DNA of 10,007 nucleotides from a virus: UHGV virus genome UHGV-1346345; one strand, 5' to 3'. Shown piece by piece: positions 1 to 7,424 of this stretch (position 1 is its first letter; each line of letters starts with the position of its first letter). The notes under the pieces were generated by a model. It saw only the letters and a program-made list of their open reading frames with translations, ran no database searches and was not told where the DNA came from. The position numbers and the translations under genes were made by a program.

Positions 1-207
1 GGTACTATCCGGCTGCGCGTCAACGCCGTGCCAATGCGAACAGACAGTAATACCGGAACCGCCAGCCGCATTGATGGAGCCACCTGTCAACTCTCTAAAT
101 CAGCTGAATCAGCTTATCTATCCCTCAGAGAACAACTAAAAACGAAAGACGCTCAGATCACTGGGTTACAGGACTACATCAAAACACAGTGCTTACGCAA
201 AGAATAA
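1..207 (+). CDS. Rz: Rz-like i-spanin, C-terminal fragment (5' end outside window)
   Basis: Frame 1 is open from base 1 to TAA at 205-207. Translation ...RLRVNAVPMRTDSNTGTASRIDGATCQLSKSAESAYLSLREQLKTKDAQITGLQDYIKTQCLRKE resembles the lambda Rz C-terminus as I recall it (AERDYFTLRERL...QKYINEQCR), including the conserved C-terminal Cys. Confidence 0.6.
   Translation, partial: GTIRLRVNAVPMRTDSNTGTASRIDGATCQLSKSAESAYLSLREQLKTKDAQITGLQDYIKTQCLRKE
2..139 (+). CDS. Rz1: Rz1-like o-spanin embedded in +1 frame of Rz (5' end probably outside window)
   Basis: Frame 2 reads VLSGCASTPCQCEQTVIPEPPAALMEPPVNSLNQLNQLIYPSENN* with a lipobox-like LSGC and a Pro-rich mature part, nested inside the Rz frame as in lambda Rz/Rz1. 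Confidence 0.45.
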   Translation, partial: VLSGCASTPCQCEQTVIPEPPAALMEPPVNSLNQLNQLIYPSENN

Positions 208-248
208 CAGCGCGCGGACGTGTCGCCGTTTCTACCAGCCAGCCATAA

Positions 249-276
249 NNNNNNNNNNGCGCAGCCGGATAGTACC
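249..276. other. N10 gap (249-258) with flanking inverted copy; probable assembly artefact
   Basis: 259-276 (gcgcagccggatagtacc) is the exact reverse complement of window bases 1-18. The copy may extend further but its partner would lie upstream of the window. Confidence 0.8.
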
Positions 277-451
277 GTTATCAATGCCAGTGCTAACAGG
301 TCGGGCGCTACCTGGGTAGAAGAAAGCGCCATTCTTCAGTTTTATAAAATTCTAAAAACGGTACTCATGCAGCGCCGTTTTCAGTGTTTTATGTCATTCC
401 TGCCGCTGTATAAACAGGAAGTAAAAGCAAACCAGACAGGAGATTATTCTG

Positions 452-990
452 ATGGCTAAGGCTAAAGGCATTAAGTTGCCTCAATTCAAAGTCCCGCTCT
501 TTGAGCATACAACCGTTTTCTTTTGCCCGACCCGCGAGATGTTTTATGAATTTTGCGAAAAGGCAGGAATTCCAATTGAGCCTGATTTCGAACTGGCAGG
601 AGGATTGACGCTTACTTGCACTGGTGAGAAAGGCGGTAACTTCTACGTGATCGCAGTATTCGACAATGAGTTAGGAACGCTGGTACATGAAGCGGCGCAC
701 ACGACATTTCACGTTTTAAGTGATGTAGGCGTCGTGGCGACCACTGATCCAACTCATCCGATGTAACCATCCATAATCAATCNNNNNNNNNNTTTTTTTC
801 ATTTTTCCCTATCCTGGCAGAATCAAACGAAGCACAGGTAGCGGCAATGCAGGCGGCTGAAGTCGTTGAGCAGGCATTAGAACAGGCAGAACAGCCGAAG
901 GAAGAAGAAAAACCTGCGAAGAAAGGCAAACGTAAGCCGAAATCAAAAGAAGCGTATGTACCGCGCGTAATGAGCTTTAAACGAGGCTGA
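452..990 (+). CDS. hypothetical protein with HExxH motif (LVHEAAHTTFH); reading frame broken by the gap block at 760-815
   Basis: AGGAG at 438-442 then ATG 452. ORF 452-766 ends in a stop that lies inside an inverted-copy block. Downstream frame (816-990) encodes ...AESNEAQVAAMQAAEVVEQALEQAEQPKEEEKPAKKGKRKPKSKEAYVPRVMSFKRG*. The frames rejoin if a 56-bp block (760-815) is removed. Confidence 0.45.
760..792. other. N10 gap (783-792) with flanking inverted copy; probable assembly artefact
   Basis: 760-782 is the exact reverse complement of 1077-1099 (23 bp). The false stop of ORF 452-766 lies inside this copy. Confidence 0.8.
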
Positions 991-992
991 TT

Positions 993-1082
993 ATGATTGC
1001 ATCAATATTAACGTTTATAGGCGGTATGGCGGCTGGATTCATTCTTTGCATGTTTCTGGTGGCTATGTCTATGCAGGATTGA
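993..1082 (+). CDS. micro-ORF 1, 29-aa hydrophobic peptide (MIASILTFIGGMAAGFILCMFLVAMSMQD)
   Basis: GAGG at 983-986, 6-nt spacer, ATG 993. Single hydrophobic stretch consistent with one TM helix. Confidence 0.35.
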   Translation: MIASILTFIGGMAAGFILCMFLVAMSMQD

Positions 1083-1084
1083 TT

Positions 1085-1180
1085 ATGGATGGTTACATCA
1101 TCGCAGGATTAATCGGTATTTCTGTATTTCTGGTGGGTTTTATTATCGCCGTACTGATAACCGTAAAAAGCAAGTATTAG
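1085..1180 (+). CDS. micro-ORF 2, 31-aa hydrophobic peptide (MDGYIIAGLIGISVFLVGFIIAVLITVKSKY)
   Basis: AGGA 8 nt upstream of ATG 1085. TM-like core with basic C-terminus. Confidence 0.35.
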   Translation: MDGYIIAGLIGISVFLVGFIIAVLITVKSKY

Positions 1181-1193
1181 ATGGGGTGGCAAG

Positions 1194-1268
1194 ATGATTG
1201 ACCCGCTAATTATCCTTTCTGCCTGCGTCGCTGTATGGCTGGTGATCATGATATTCATTGAAAGCTGA
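1194..1268 (+). CDS. micro-ORF 3, 24-aa hydrophobic peptide (MIDPLIILSACVAVWLVIMIFIES)
   Basis: ATG 1194; weak GG-rich upstream; TM-like. Confidence 0.3.
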   Translation: MIDPLIILSACVAVWLVIMIFIES

Positions 1269-1279
1269 AGGTATCCACA

Positions 1280-1360
1280 ATGAACGCATACGAAATGCTA
1301 TTGCTGGTGGCTGTAGTTGTAGTCATTGCCGTAGATGTTTATCGGGAGTTTAAAAAATGA
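1280..1360 (+). CDS. micro-ORF 4, 26-aa hydrophobic peptide (MNAYEMLLLVAVVVVIAVDVYREFKK)
   Basis: GAAGG at 1267-1271, 8-nt spacer, ATG 1280. TM-like core with charged C-terminus. Confidence 0.4.
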   Translation: MNAYEMLLLVAVVVVIAVDVYREFKK

Positions 1361-1425
1361 AATGGCTTGATTTCTTTTTCCTGATTGTTGCGGTTAGCGT
1401 CACTATGGTGGCCTTATCACAATAA
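1357..1425 (+). CDS. micro-ORF 5, 22-aa hydrophobic peptide (MKWLDFFFLIVAVSVTMVALSQ)
   Basis: ATG 1357 overlaps the stop of micro-ORF 4 (ATGA), suggesting translational coupling. TM-like. Confidence 0.35.
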   Translation: MKWLDFFFLIVAVSVTMVALSQ

Positions 1426-1434
1426 GGCTAGAAG

Positions 1435-1518
1435 ATGAAAGAATTATCTGGCTGGTTGGGTGTATCAATATACTTCGCAACATTAATCGAGTGTTTATAT
1501 ATAGTAAGTAAATATTGA
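1435..1518 (+). CDS. micro-ORF 6, 27-aa peptide (MKELSGWLGVSIYFATLIECLYIVSKY)
   Basis: ATG 1435. Its stop TGA 1516-1518 is followed immediately by the terS ribosome-binding site. Confidence 0.3.
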   Translation: MKELSGWLGVSIYFATLIECLYIVSKY

Positions 1519-1528
1519 GAGGTGAATT

Positions 1529-2029
1529 ATGGCCCGCACGAAAAAGGCAAAGGCTGACGATAAAAAGCCAGCAGCCAAAAAGACGGGCCGTCCGCATGGT
1601 TATACCGAAGAAAAGGCATTAGAAATCTGTGAGCTGGTGGCGGACGGTCAGAGTATTAACAAAATTTCGAAGATGCCTGATATGCCTGCGCGTTCAACAA
1701 TCCTTAAATGGTTCAGAGACGTGCCAGGGTTCTCGGACATGTACATGCGCGCGAAGGAGATCGGTTTTGAGGTATTGGCTGATGAGGTTATCGACATAGC
1801 CGACGCAGCGGAGAACACCGATAAAGACCAATGCCGCCGCCATCAATTGATGATTGAAACCCGTAAATGGCTATTGGCAAAACTGCAACCGCGTAAGTAT
1901 GGCGAACGCGTTACGCAGGAGATCGTAGGTGATGCAAATAATCCGGTACAGGTTGAACAACATACTCGCATGTCGATTGAAGACTACAAAAAAGCCCGCC
2001 GTGAAATGCTTGAAGAAGATGATTGCTAG
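1529..2029 (+). CDS. terS: terminase small subunit
   Basis: GAGG then ATG 1529; 166 aa. The motifs GRP...Y, PDMPARSTILKWF and ETRKWLLAKLQPRKYGERV match the small-terminase family that includes Shigella phage Sf6 gp1, from memory. It sits directly upstream of terL. Confidence 0.85.
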   Translation: MARTKKAKADDKKPAAKKTGRPHGYTEEKALEICELVADGQSINKISKMPDMPARSTILKWFRDVPGFSDMYMRAKEIGFEVLADEVIDIADAAENTDKDQCRRHQLMIETRKWLLAKLQPRKYGERVTQEIVGDANNPVQVEQHTRMSIEDYKKARREMLEEDDC

Positions 2030-2041
2030 TGAGGTGATGTT

Positions 2042-2545
2042 ATGGATTGGTCACATTATTTCGTTTATGACGAAAACAGCGGCAATTTAATCTGGAAGGT
2101 AAAACCGTGCGACAACGTTATGATCGGTGATGTCGCAGGGTATATGGAACGCGACGGCTATATTAGGGTAAGACTTCACAAGCGCGGTTATCCGGCGCAT
2201 TGCATCATATGGGAAATGCACAACGGCCCGATCCCGAATGGTTATCAAATAGACCATATTGACCACGTGCGAAGTAATAACAGGCTTAATAATTTGCGCC
2301 TTGTTACACACAAGGAAAACCAAAGAAACCAAAAACTACATAAAAGAAATACAAGCGGGTTTTCTGGAATTTATTGGGAAAAAGCAATGAATAAATGGCG
2401 CGTTCGTATCATGGGTAATAACGGTGAACGTTTGACCATTGGTTATTTTGAAAACAAGGATGATGCTGTGGTGGCAAGGAATAAGGCTTACGCTGATTTG
2501 GGGTATTGTGAAAATCATGGGGTGAGTCATGAAGTCAACCAGTAA
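2042..2545 (+). CDS. HNH endonuclease with C-terminal AP2-type DNA-binding domain
   Basis: 167 aa with GAGGTGA upstream. HNH motif GYQIDHIDHVRSNNRLNNLRLVTHKENQRN, then AP2-like SGFSGIYWEKAMNKWRVRIMGNNGERLTIGYFENKDDAVVARNKAYADL. Confidence 0.85.
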   Translation: MDWSHYFVYDENSGNLIWKVKPCDNVMIGDVAGYMERDGYIRVRLHKRGYPAHCIIWEMHNGPIPNGYQIDHIDHVRSNNRLNNLRLVTHKENQRNQKLHKRNTSGFSGIYWEKAMNKWRVRIMGNNGERLTIGYFENKDDAVVARNKAYADLGYCENHGVSHEVNQ

Positions 2546-4016
2546 GCAAAGAACAGAGGCCAGGCGAATAGAATGTATAGAAAGCGGTGAGTATTTTTGC
2601 CGCTATTTCTATAAGCAGCGCACTGGCGCAAAAATGATAATTAGCGCACATCACAGAGTCATCCTTGAAACACTACAAAGAGTCATTAATGGCGAAATAA
2701 CCCGTTTGGTCATTAACATCCCTCCAGGGTATTCCAAAACAGAGATCGCAACAATCAATTTCATGTGTCGCGGCCTCGCCATCAACAACCGTTCACGATT
2801 CCTACACTTGTCCTACTCCAACAACCTCGCGTTACTCAATTCATCAACAGCAAGATCCACTATCAAATCAAGACAATTTCAAGAAATGTGGAAGATGGAT
2901 ATAAAGGCCGATGCTGACAGTAAATCTATGTGGTGGAATCAGTACGGCGGCGGCGTGTATGCAACGTCAACGCTTGCACAGGTAACGGGGTTCCGTGCGG
3001 GCCATATGGAAGACGGATTTAACGGTGCGTTAATAATCGACGACCCATTAAAACCCGCTGACGCTTACTCTGACGTGGTGAGAAAGCAGGTTAACACCAA
3101 CTATAACGACACGCTTGCTTCACGTCTGGCAGTGCAAACCACGCCTGTTATCGTCATCATGCAGCGCATCCACTACGATGATTTGTCCGGCTACCTGCTA
3201 CGCGGTGGGAGCGGTGAAAAATGGTATCACCTTAACCTGCCAGTGAAGATCGACAACAGCGTTGACTATCGGGATTTGTTCCCTGAAAACGAGTTCGCCA
3301 TCCCTATTGCTCACAACCTGCCTGATGGTTGGCTGTGGCCTAAAAAGCACAATGACGCCCATGAAGCTGGACTGAAAGCACACAGGCGGTCATTTGAGGC
3401 CCAGTACATGCAGCGCCCGCGTAAGTTCGACGAAGATGGTGCATTGTGGACTGAAGCGATGATAACCGCAGCGCACCGGATGCAGATAACGCAGGACAAG
3501 ATCCGCACGGTAATAGCCATCGACCCGGCGACAACGTCATCTGATGAATCTGACGAAACGGGGATCGTGGCGTGTTCCGCATATGGTGGCGGTAAGAATG
3601 CTCAGTATTCTGTTGATGGTGACTATTCAGGCCGCATGTCGCCTAACGACTGGGCGCAAGCATCCATGAAAGCATATGACATCCATGAAGCTGACGCGAT
3701 GGTTATCGAAACCAACCAGGGCGGTGACATGGCAGAGGCCACACTACGCAATGCAGGGTTCAAAGGCCGCATTGTTAAGGTGCACGCAAGCAAAGGTAAA
3801 TTCGCCCGCGCCGAACCAATATCTGCACTGTATGCTCAAGGCAGAGTGGCACACACTGGCAGTCTGTACACGCTGGAAAATCAAATGATGGAATACGTGC
3901 CAGCTACCGCTAAAAAATCCCCTGACCGTATGGACGCGATGGTATGGGGTATTACCGAACTAAGCCAGCCACAGGCGATAGGCCTCATGTTACCGAAGCG
4001 CCTGCGCGGATTTTAA
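2529..4016 (+). CDS. terL: terminase large subunit
   Basis: 495 aa; its start overlaps the HNH gene end. P-loop-like IPPGYSKT, Walker B-like LIIDDP, and a C-terminal nuclease-like region with acidic motifs (IDPATTSSDESDETGIV ... DRMDAMVWG). Confidence 0.85.
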   Translation: MKSTSKQRTEARRIECIESGEYFCRYFYKQRTGAKMIISAHHRVILETLQRVINGEITRLVINIPPGYSKTEIATINFMCRGLAINNRSRFLHLSYSNNLALLNSSTARSTIKSRQFQEMWKMDIKADADSKSMWWNQYGGGVYATSTLAQVTGFRAGHMEDGFNGALIIDDPLKPADAYSDVVRKQVNTNYNDTLASRLAVQTTPVIVIMQRIHYDDLSGYLLRGGSGEKWYHLNLPVKIDNSVDYRDLFPENEFAIPIAHNLPDGWLWPKKHNDAHEAGLKAHRRSFEAQYMQRPRKFDEDGALWTEAMITAAHRMQITQDKIRTVIAIDPATTSSDESDETGIVACSAYGGGKNAQYSVDGDYSGRMSPNDWAQASMKAYDIHEADAMVIETNQGGDMAEATLRNAGFKGRIVKVHASKGKFARAEPISALYAQGRVAHTGSLYTLENQMMEYVPATAKKSPDRMDAMVWGITELSQPQAIGLMLPKRLRGF

Positions 4017-4094
4017 AATCTGACTCACAATCCCCCACAAGTTTTTCTATTTTTCGCGTAGCAACGCGTAAACATGTATTCAGGAGTAAACATT

Positions 4095-5467
4095 ATGCCA
4101 TCCAATTTAGAATTGGCGGTTAATGCTGCCTTGTCACAATGCCAGGCGGCATACGCCCGCTATGCCGCAGCCAACCCATTCACTATGGGGATAGATGCCA
4201 AACGCGATGCTGCATGGAGTGAATACGGATTCAAAGAAGAGATCACGTACGACGATCTATACAAACTGTACAGGCGCGGTGGTATCGCTCACGGTGCTGT
4301 TGAGAAGATTGTTACCACTTGCTGGCGAACCATGCCAACGCTAATCGAGGGAACAGAAGCCGAGAAAGCGGAAAAGGAAACACCCTGGGAAAGAGAAATC
4401 AGGAAACAATTCGACAACAGATTTTGGCGCACCATTGCCGAATGTGACCGCCGCCGCCTCATCGGTCGTTATGCTGGCCTGTTGATTCATGTCAGAGATA
4501 ACCAGCCGTGGGATAAGCCAGTCACAAAAGGCGTAGGCATTGCCAAATTTACCCCAGTATGGGCTGGTGCGCTTACGCCGAAGGAGTTCGAAGAAGACCC
4601 AAACAGTGAAAACTATGGCCTGCCGACGTGGTGGGAATACAAAGAACGCATTAACAGTAAGACCATAGCAAGAAGGATCCACCCTGACCGTATTTTCATC
4701 TTTGGCGACTATTCTGATGATGCTATCGCCTTCCTTGAACCGTCCTATAACGCCTTTGTGTCACTTGAGAAGGTGGAAGGGGGTAGCGGTGAATCATTCC
4801 TGAAAAACGCCGCCCGCCAGCTTGCTATCTCATTCGACAAGGATATTGACTTCAGGTCACTGGCAGCTACATACGGATGCGACGTCACCGAGCTTCGGGA
4901 GAAATTCAACGAGGCAGCGGATGAAATGAATAAGGGTAACGACGTGATGATGGCATTACAAGGGGCAACAGTTAGCCCGCTGGTGACTGCCGTATCTGAC
5001 CCGTCAGCAACCTATGACGTCAACCTGCAAACCGCCGCCGCTGGTATTGATATTCCGACCCGCATCCTTCCTCTTCCGTTTCTACTTCACTNNNNNNNNN
5101 NAGGCGTTATAGGACGGTTCAAGGCAGCCGATGCATGACCCGCAGGGAGGAAATTGGGGGTGAGCTTGAAGATCTGTTTAGCAAGATGGCAGCGCTACGC
5201 CTTATCAGTATGCCAGTAGACGTATCAGTGATATGGGACGACCTGAACGCTATGACCAAAGCCGAACTACTGGAGGCGGCATACAAAATGGCACAAATCA
5301 ATCAGGCTTGTCTGGCTACTGGTGAAGAAATATTTAGCGGTGACGAGATCCGCGAGGCTGCCGGATACGATGGCCCAGCCAGTGAAGTAGAAACGGAAGA
5401 GGAGGACGATGATGAGGGTGAAGAAGATAATCAGGCGAATACCTCCAGCCGCGATAATGCCATCTAA
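4095..5467 (+). CDS. putative portal protein (frame broken by the gap block at 5069-5124)
   Basis: AGGAG at 4082-4086, 8-nt spacer, ATG 4095; an alternative ATG at 4074 has no ribosome-binding site. Position between terL and the head morphogenesis gene, with an acidic C-terminal tail (EEEDDDEGEEDNQ). Tracks 4074-5138 and 5135-5467 join in frame when the 56-bp block is removed. Confidence 0.55.
5069..5124. other. N10 gap (5092-5101) with flanking inverted copies; probable assembly artefact
   Basis: 5069-5091 is the reverse complement of 5381-5403, and 5102-5124 is the reverse complement of 4734-4756. The block is 56 bp, which exactly accounts for the frame 0 to frame 2 shift in the portal gene. 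Confidence 0.85.
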
Positions 5468-7419
5468 CACCGAAGACCCGACCATGACAGGGAAGTTAAG
5501 GTCTGGTGCTATCAAGCGTTTTAAAGCCTGCCTGAAGAAAGTTGCGGATCCGTATATCGCCATACTGGACAGAATACAATACACCCTGGCTGTTAATAAA
5601 AAATACACCTTCCAGATCTACATCGACGAATTACATGATTTGCTGGAAGACGCCAGCGACATGATTGATGAAATATTCGAGTTAACAGACCCGGAAAACT
5701 TCTGGTTCTGGCAGGAATACGTAAAGGTGGCATATCAGCGAGGCACTTCACAGGAATATGCCAACCTCGCTAACCAGTCAGTCACATATTCCAGGGCTTA
5801 CCCTGAAGTGTCGGCGGTATTAACCAGTCAGACCTATCGCACACGCCTTGCCCTGGTCCGTACCCGTGTATTTGAAGAGATGCGCGGGCTTACCGCACAG
5901 ATCAAGAAGGATATGGCCCGCCGATTAACTGAAGGCATGGCCCGCGGCTTAAACCCACTCGAAATAGCGCGTACATTGCAGCAGGAAACGCAATTGCCGC
6001 TATACAGGTGCAAACGTATTGCCCGTACTGAAATATGCACAGCGTTACGCACAGCGCGTATGGATGAGGCAGAGGCCGCATCGGATGAGCTTAATTTGCG
6101 CACGATGCAGATGCATATTTCGGCATTGTCACCGACTACCAGGCTGTCACACGCACAGCGACACGGGAAAACGTACACCATAGAAGAGCAGCGCGAATGG
6201 TGGAGCAGATCCCCTAATTCAATTAACTGTTACCTGCCGGGAACGGTTGTACACGATCCTCAATAGCGGGGTCAATCAATTGACGATCCAGATTANNNNN
6301 NNNNNGCGTTTCCTGCTGCAATGTACGCGCTATTTCGAGTCGGGAACGGTTGTACACGGCAGGTTTTTAGCTGGTTCAAAAGCGCATTACAGCGGGGAAG
6401 TCATCAAGATAATGACTAGAAGTGGCAGGAATCTCACCGTTACCCCTAATCACCCCATTATGACCAATCGCGGATTGATTCCGGCGGCAGAAGTCAACAA
6501 AGGAGATTATGCCGTTGCTTACAGCGGTAAGATCAAAAACACGATGCGGGTAACTAATCTGGATCGTCAATTGATTGACCCCGCTATTGAGGATGTTTTT
6601 AGTTCTCTCTCTGATATCGGCAAGTCTATCTCTGCAAGGGTGAGTGCTGTAGATTTCCACGGCGACGGCGGGGGAATGGATAAAAATATCGATGTTGTAA
6701 CCGCCGATGGGGAACTGGTTTTCACACCAGATGCCATGTGCAATGAGACTCTCGATAATCTCGCGCTCAAACATGCCAACTCGATCAAAGCGCCTGTGTT
6801 TTGCTCTTTTGGCTATAACAGCAGCGCTATCACGGCTTCCTCTTCTTGTGGTGAAAGCTGGTTCAGTAACAGCCCGTCTTTCGTCCGCAGAGAGATTTTT
6901 GTACCGTTCAAGCGCTCCTTCCTGTCGAGTTCTGTAGTGGAGGCCGTGCTTATCAAACAAGCGGCAAATGGCAATCCTACTAAAGCCGATGCGTTTACTT
7001 ATGGATTGGATGCTTTCCCCGGCGACGTGTCTGGCATAGAGTTCGTCAACGGTAAAATATTTTTCAATAGCTTTATCTGCGTTAGAGATGGACTTGAATC
7101 CGGCGCTTTTCATAGAAGTGATAACGTCTACCGTGGTTGTGTTAAACATCAAGGCGATATTATCGATACTCGTGCCGGACAGGTATTCTTTGATGAAGTC
7201 ATCGACATTGTTGTTAGCTATTATTCTGGTCATGTTTATGATCTCCAGGAGTTATCAGGTTTAATGATAGCAAATGGATTAATTGCGAGCAACTGCAAAT
7301 GTAGCACGATTACCGTATTAGTTGATGAAGACGGTAATATATTAAACAAACGAATATTAGATCGGGCGCAAGAAAACTATAAGGTTGCGCACGCTAAATA
7401 TGGCGAAGATTGGGAGTAA
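5409..7419 (+). CDS. head morphogenesis protein (Mu F / SPP1 gp7-like) precursor containing an intein; frame broken by the gap block at 6256-6358
   Basis: N-extein 5409-6227 (alternative starts 5412 or 5457) carries Mu F-like motifs (RIARTE, HISALSPTTRLSHAQRHGKTY). C-extein 7294-7419 is CKCSTITVLVDEDGN... The frame is continuous once the 103-bp artefact is removed. Confidence 0.7.
6238..6358. repeat. 18-bp direct repeat (6238-6255 and 6341-6358, cgggaacggttgtacacg) flanking the N10 gap 6296-6305 and two inverted copies
   Basis: 6256-6295 is the reverse complement of 6555-6594 (40 bp) and 6306-6340 is the reverse complement of 5957-5991 (35 bp). Collapsing the direct repeat and deleting 6256-6340 restores the intein frame (...CYLPGTVVHGRFLAGSKAHYSGEV...). 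Confidence 0.85.
6376..7233 (-). CDS. HTH-containing Vsr/DUF559-like (PD-(D/E)xK) endonuclease ORF, antisense and nested inside the intein
   Basis: 285 codons open on the - strand. GGAG lies 9 nt upstream of ATG (7231-7233 on -). Two HTH-like segments (SIDNIALMFNTTTVDVITSMKSAGF; SIQSISKRIGFSRIAICRLFDKHG). C-terminal EREIIESLIAHGIWCENQFPIGGYNIDIFIHSPAVAVEIYSTHPCRDRLADIRERTKNILNSGVNQL matches the DUF559/Vsr-like pattern as I recall it. The last ~60 aa are antisense to Hint blocks A/B and may be read-through. Confidence 0.4.
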   Translation of the reverse strand: MTRIIANNNVDDFIKEYLSGTSIDNIALMFNTTTVDVITSMKSAGFKSISNADKAIEKYFTVDELYARHVAGESIQSISKRIGFSRIAICRLFDKHGLHYRTRQEGALERYKNLSADERRAVTEPAFTTRRGSRDSAAVIAKRAKHRRFDRVGMFEREIIESLIAHGIWCENQFPIGGYNIDIFIHSPAVAVEIYSTHPCRDRLADIRERTKNILNSGVNQLTIQISYPHRVFDLTAVSNGIISFVDFCRRNQSAIGHNGVIRGNGEIPATSSHYLDDFPAVMRF

Positions 7420-7424
7420 AAACC

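Larger units (their letters stand above)
6228..7293 (+). mobile_element. intein (Hint domain) in the head morphogenesis gene
   Basis: Intein starts with Cys in CYLPGTVV (block A-like CxxxGTxV). Block B-like GRNLTVTPNHPIMT. C-terminal VYDLQELSGLMIANGLIASN followed by +1 Cys. Excision gives ...SPNSIN-CKCST..., an NC(K/R)C-type motif. About 321 codons after removing the artefact. Confidence 0.7.

Noticed and set aside
220-459. 79-aa + strand ORF spanning the first N run
   Set aside because: It contains X residues from the gap and an inverted copy of window bases 1-18, has no ribosome-binding site and an implausible sequence. It is an artefact of the gap block.
1403-1597. 64-aa - strand ORF
   Set aside because: It is antisense to the terS start and the micro-ORF region, with no supporting signals.
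5135-5467. 110-aa ORF as an independent gene
   Set aside because: It is the acidic C-terminal part of the portal gene, displaced into another frame by the 56-bp gap block at 5069-5124.
6551-7245. Imperfect inverted similarity between about 6551-6582 and about 7215-7245, as possible boundaries of an invertible endonuclease segment
   Set aside because: The similarity is weak, roughly 60-65% by eye with indels, and could be chance. It is noted only as something to test when checking segment orientation.
6247-7419. 390-aa ORF as a stand-alone protein starting MYTILNSGVNQL
   Set aside because: Its start lies in an inverted-copy artefact. The frame is the continuation of the intein and C-extein of the head morphogenesis gene.
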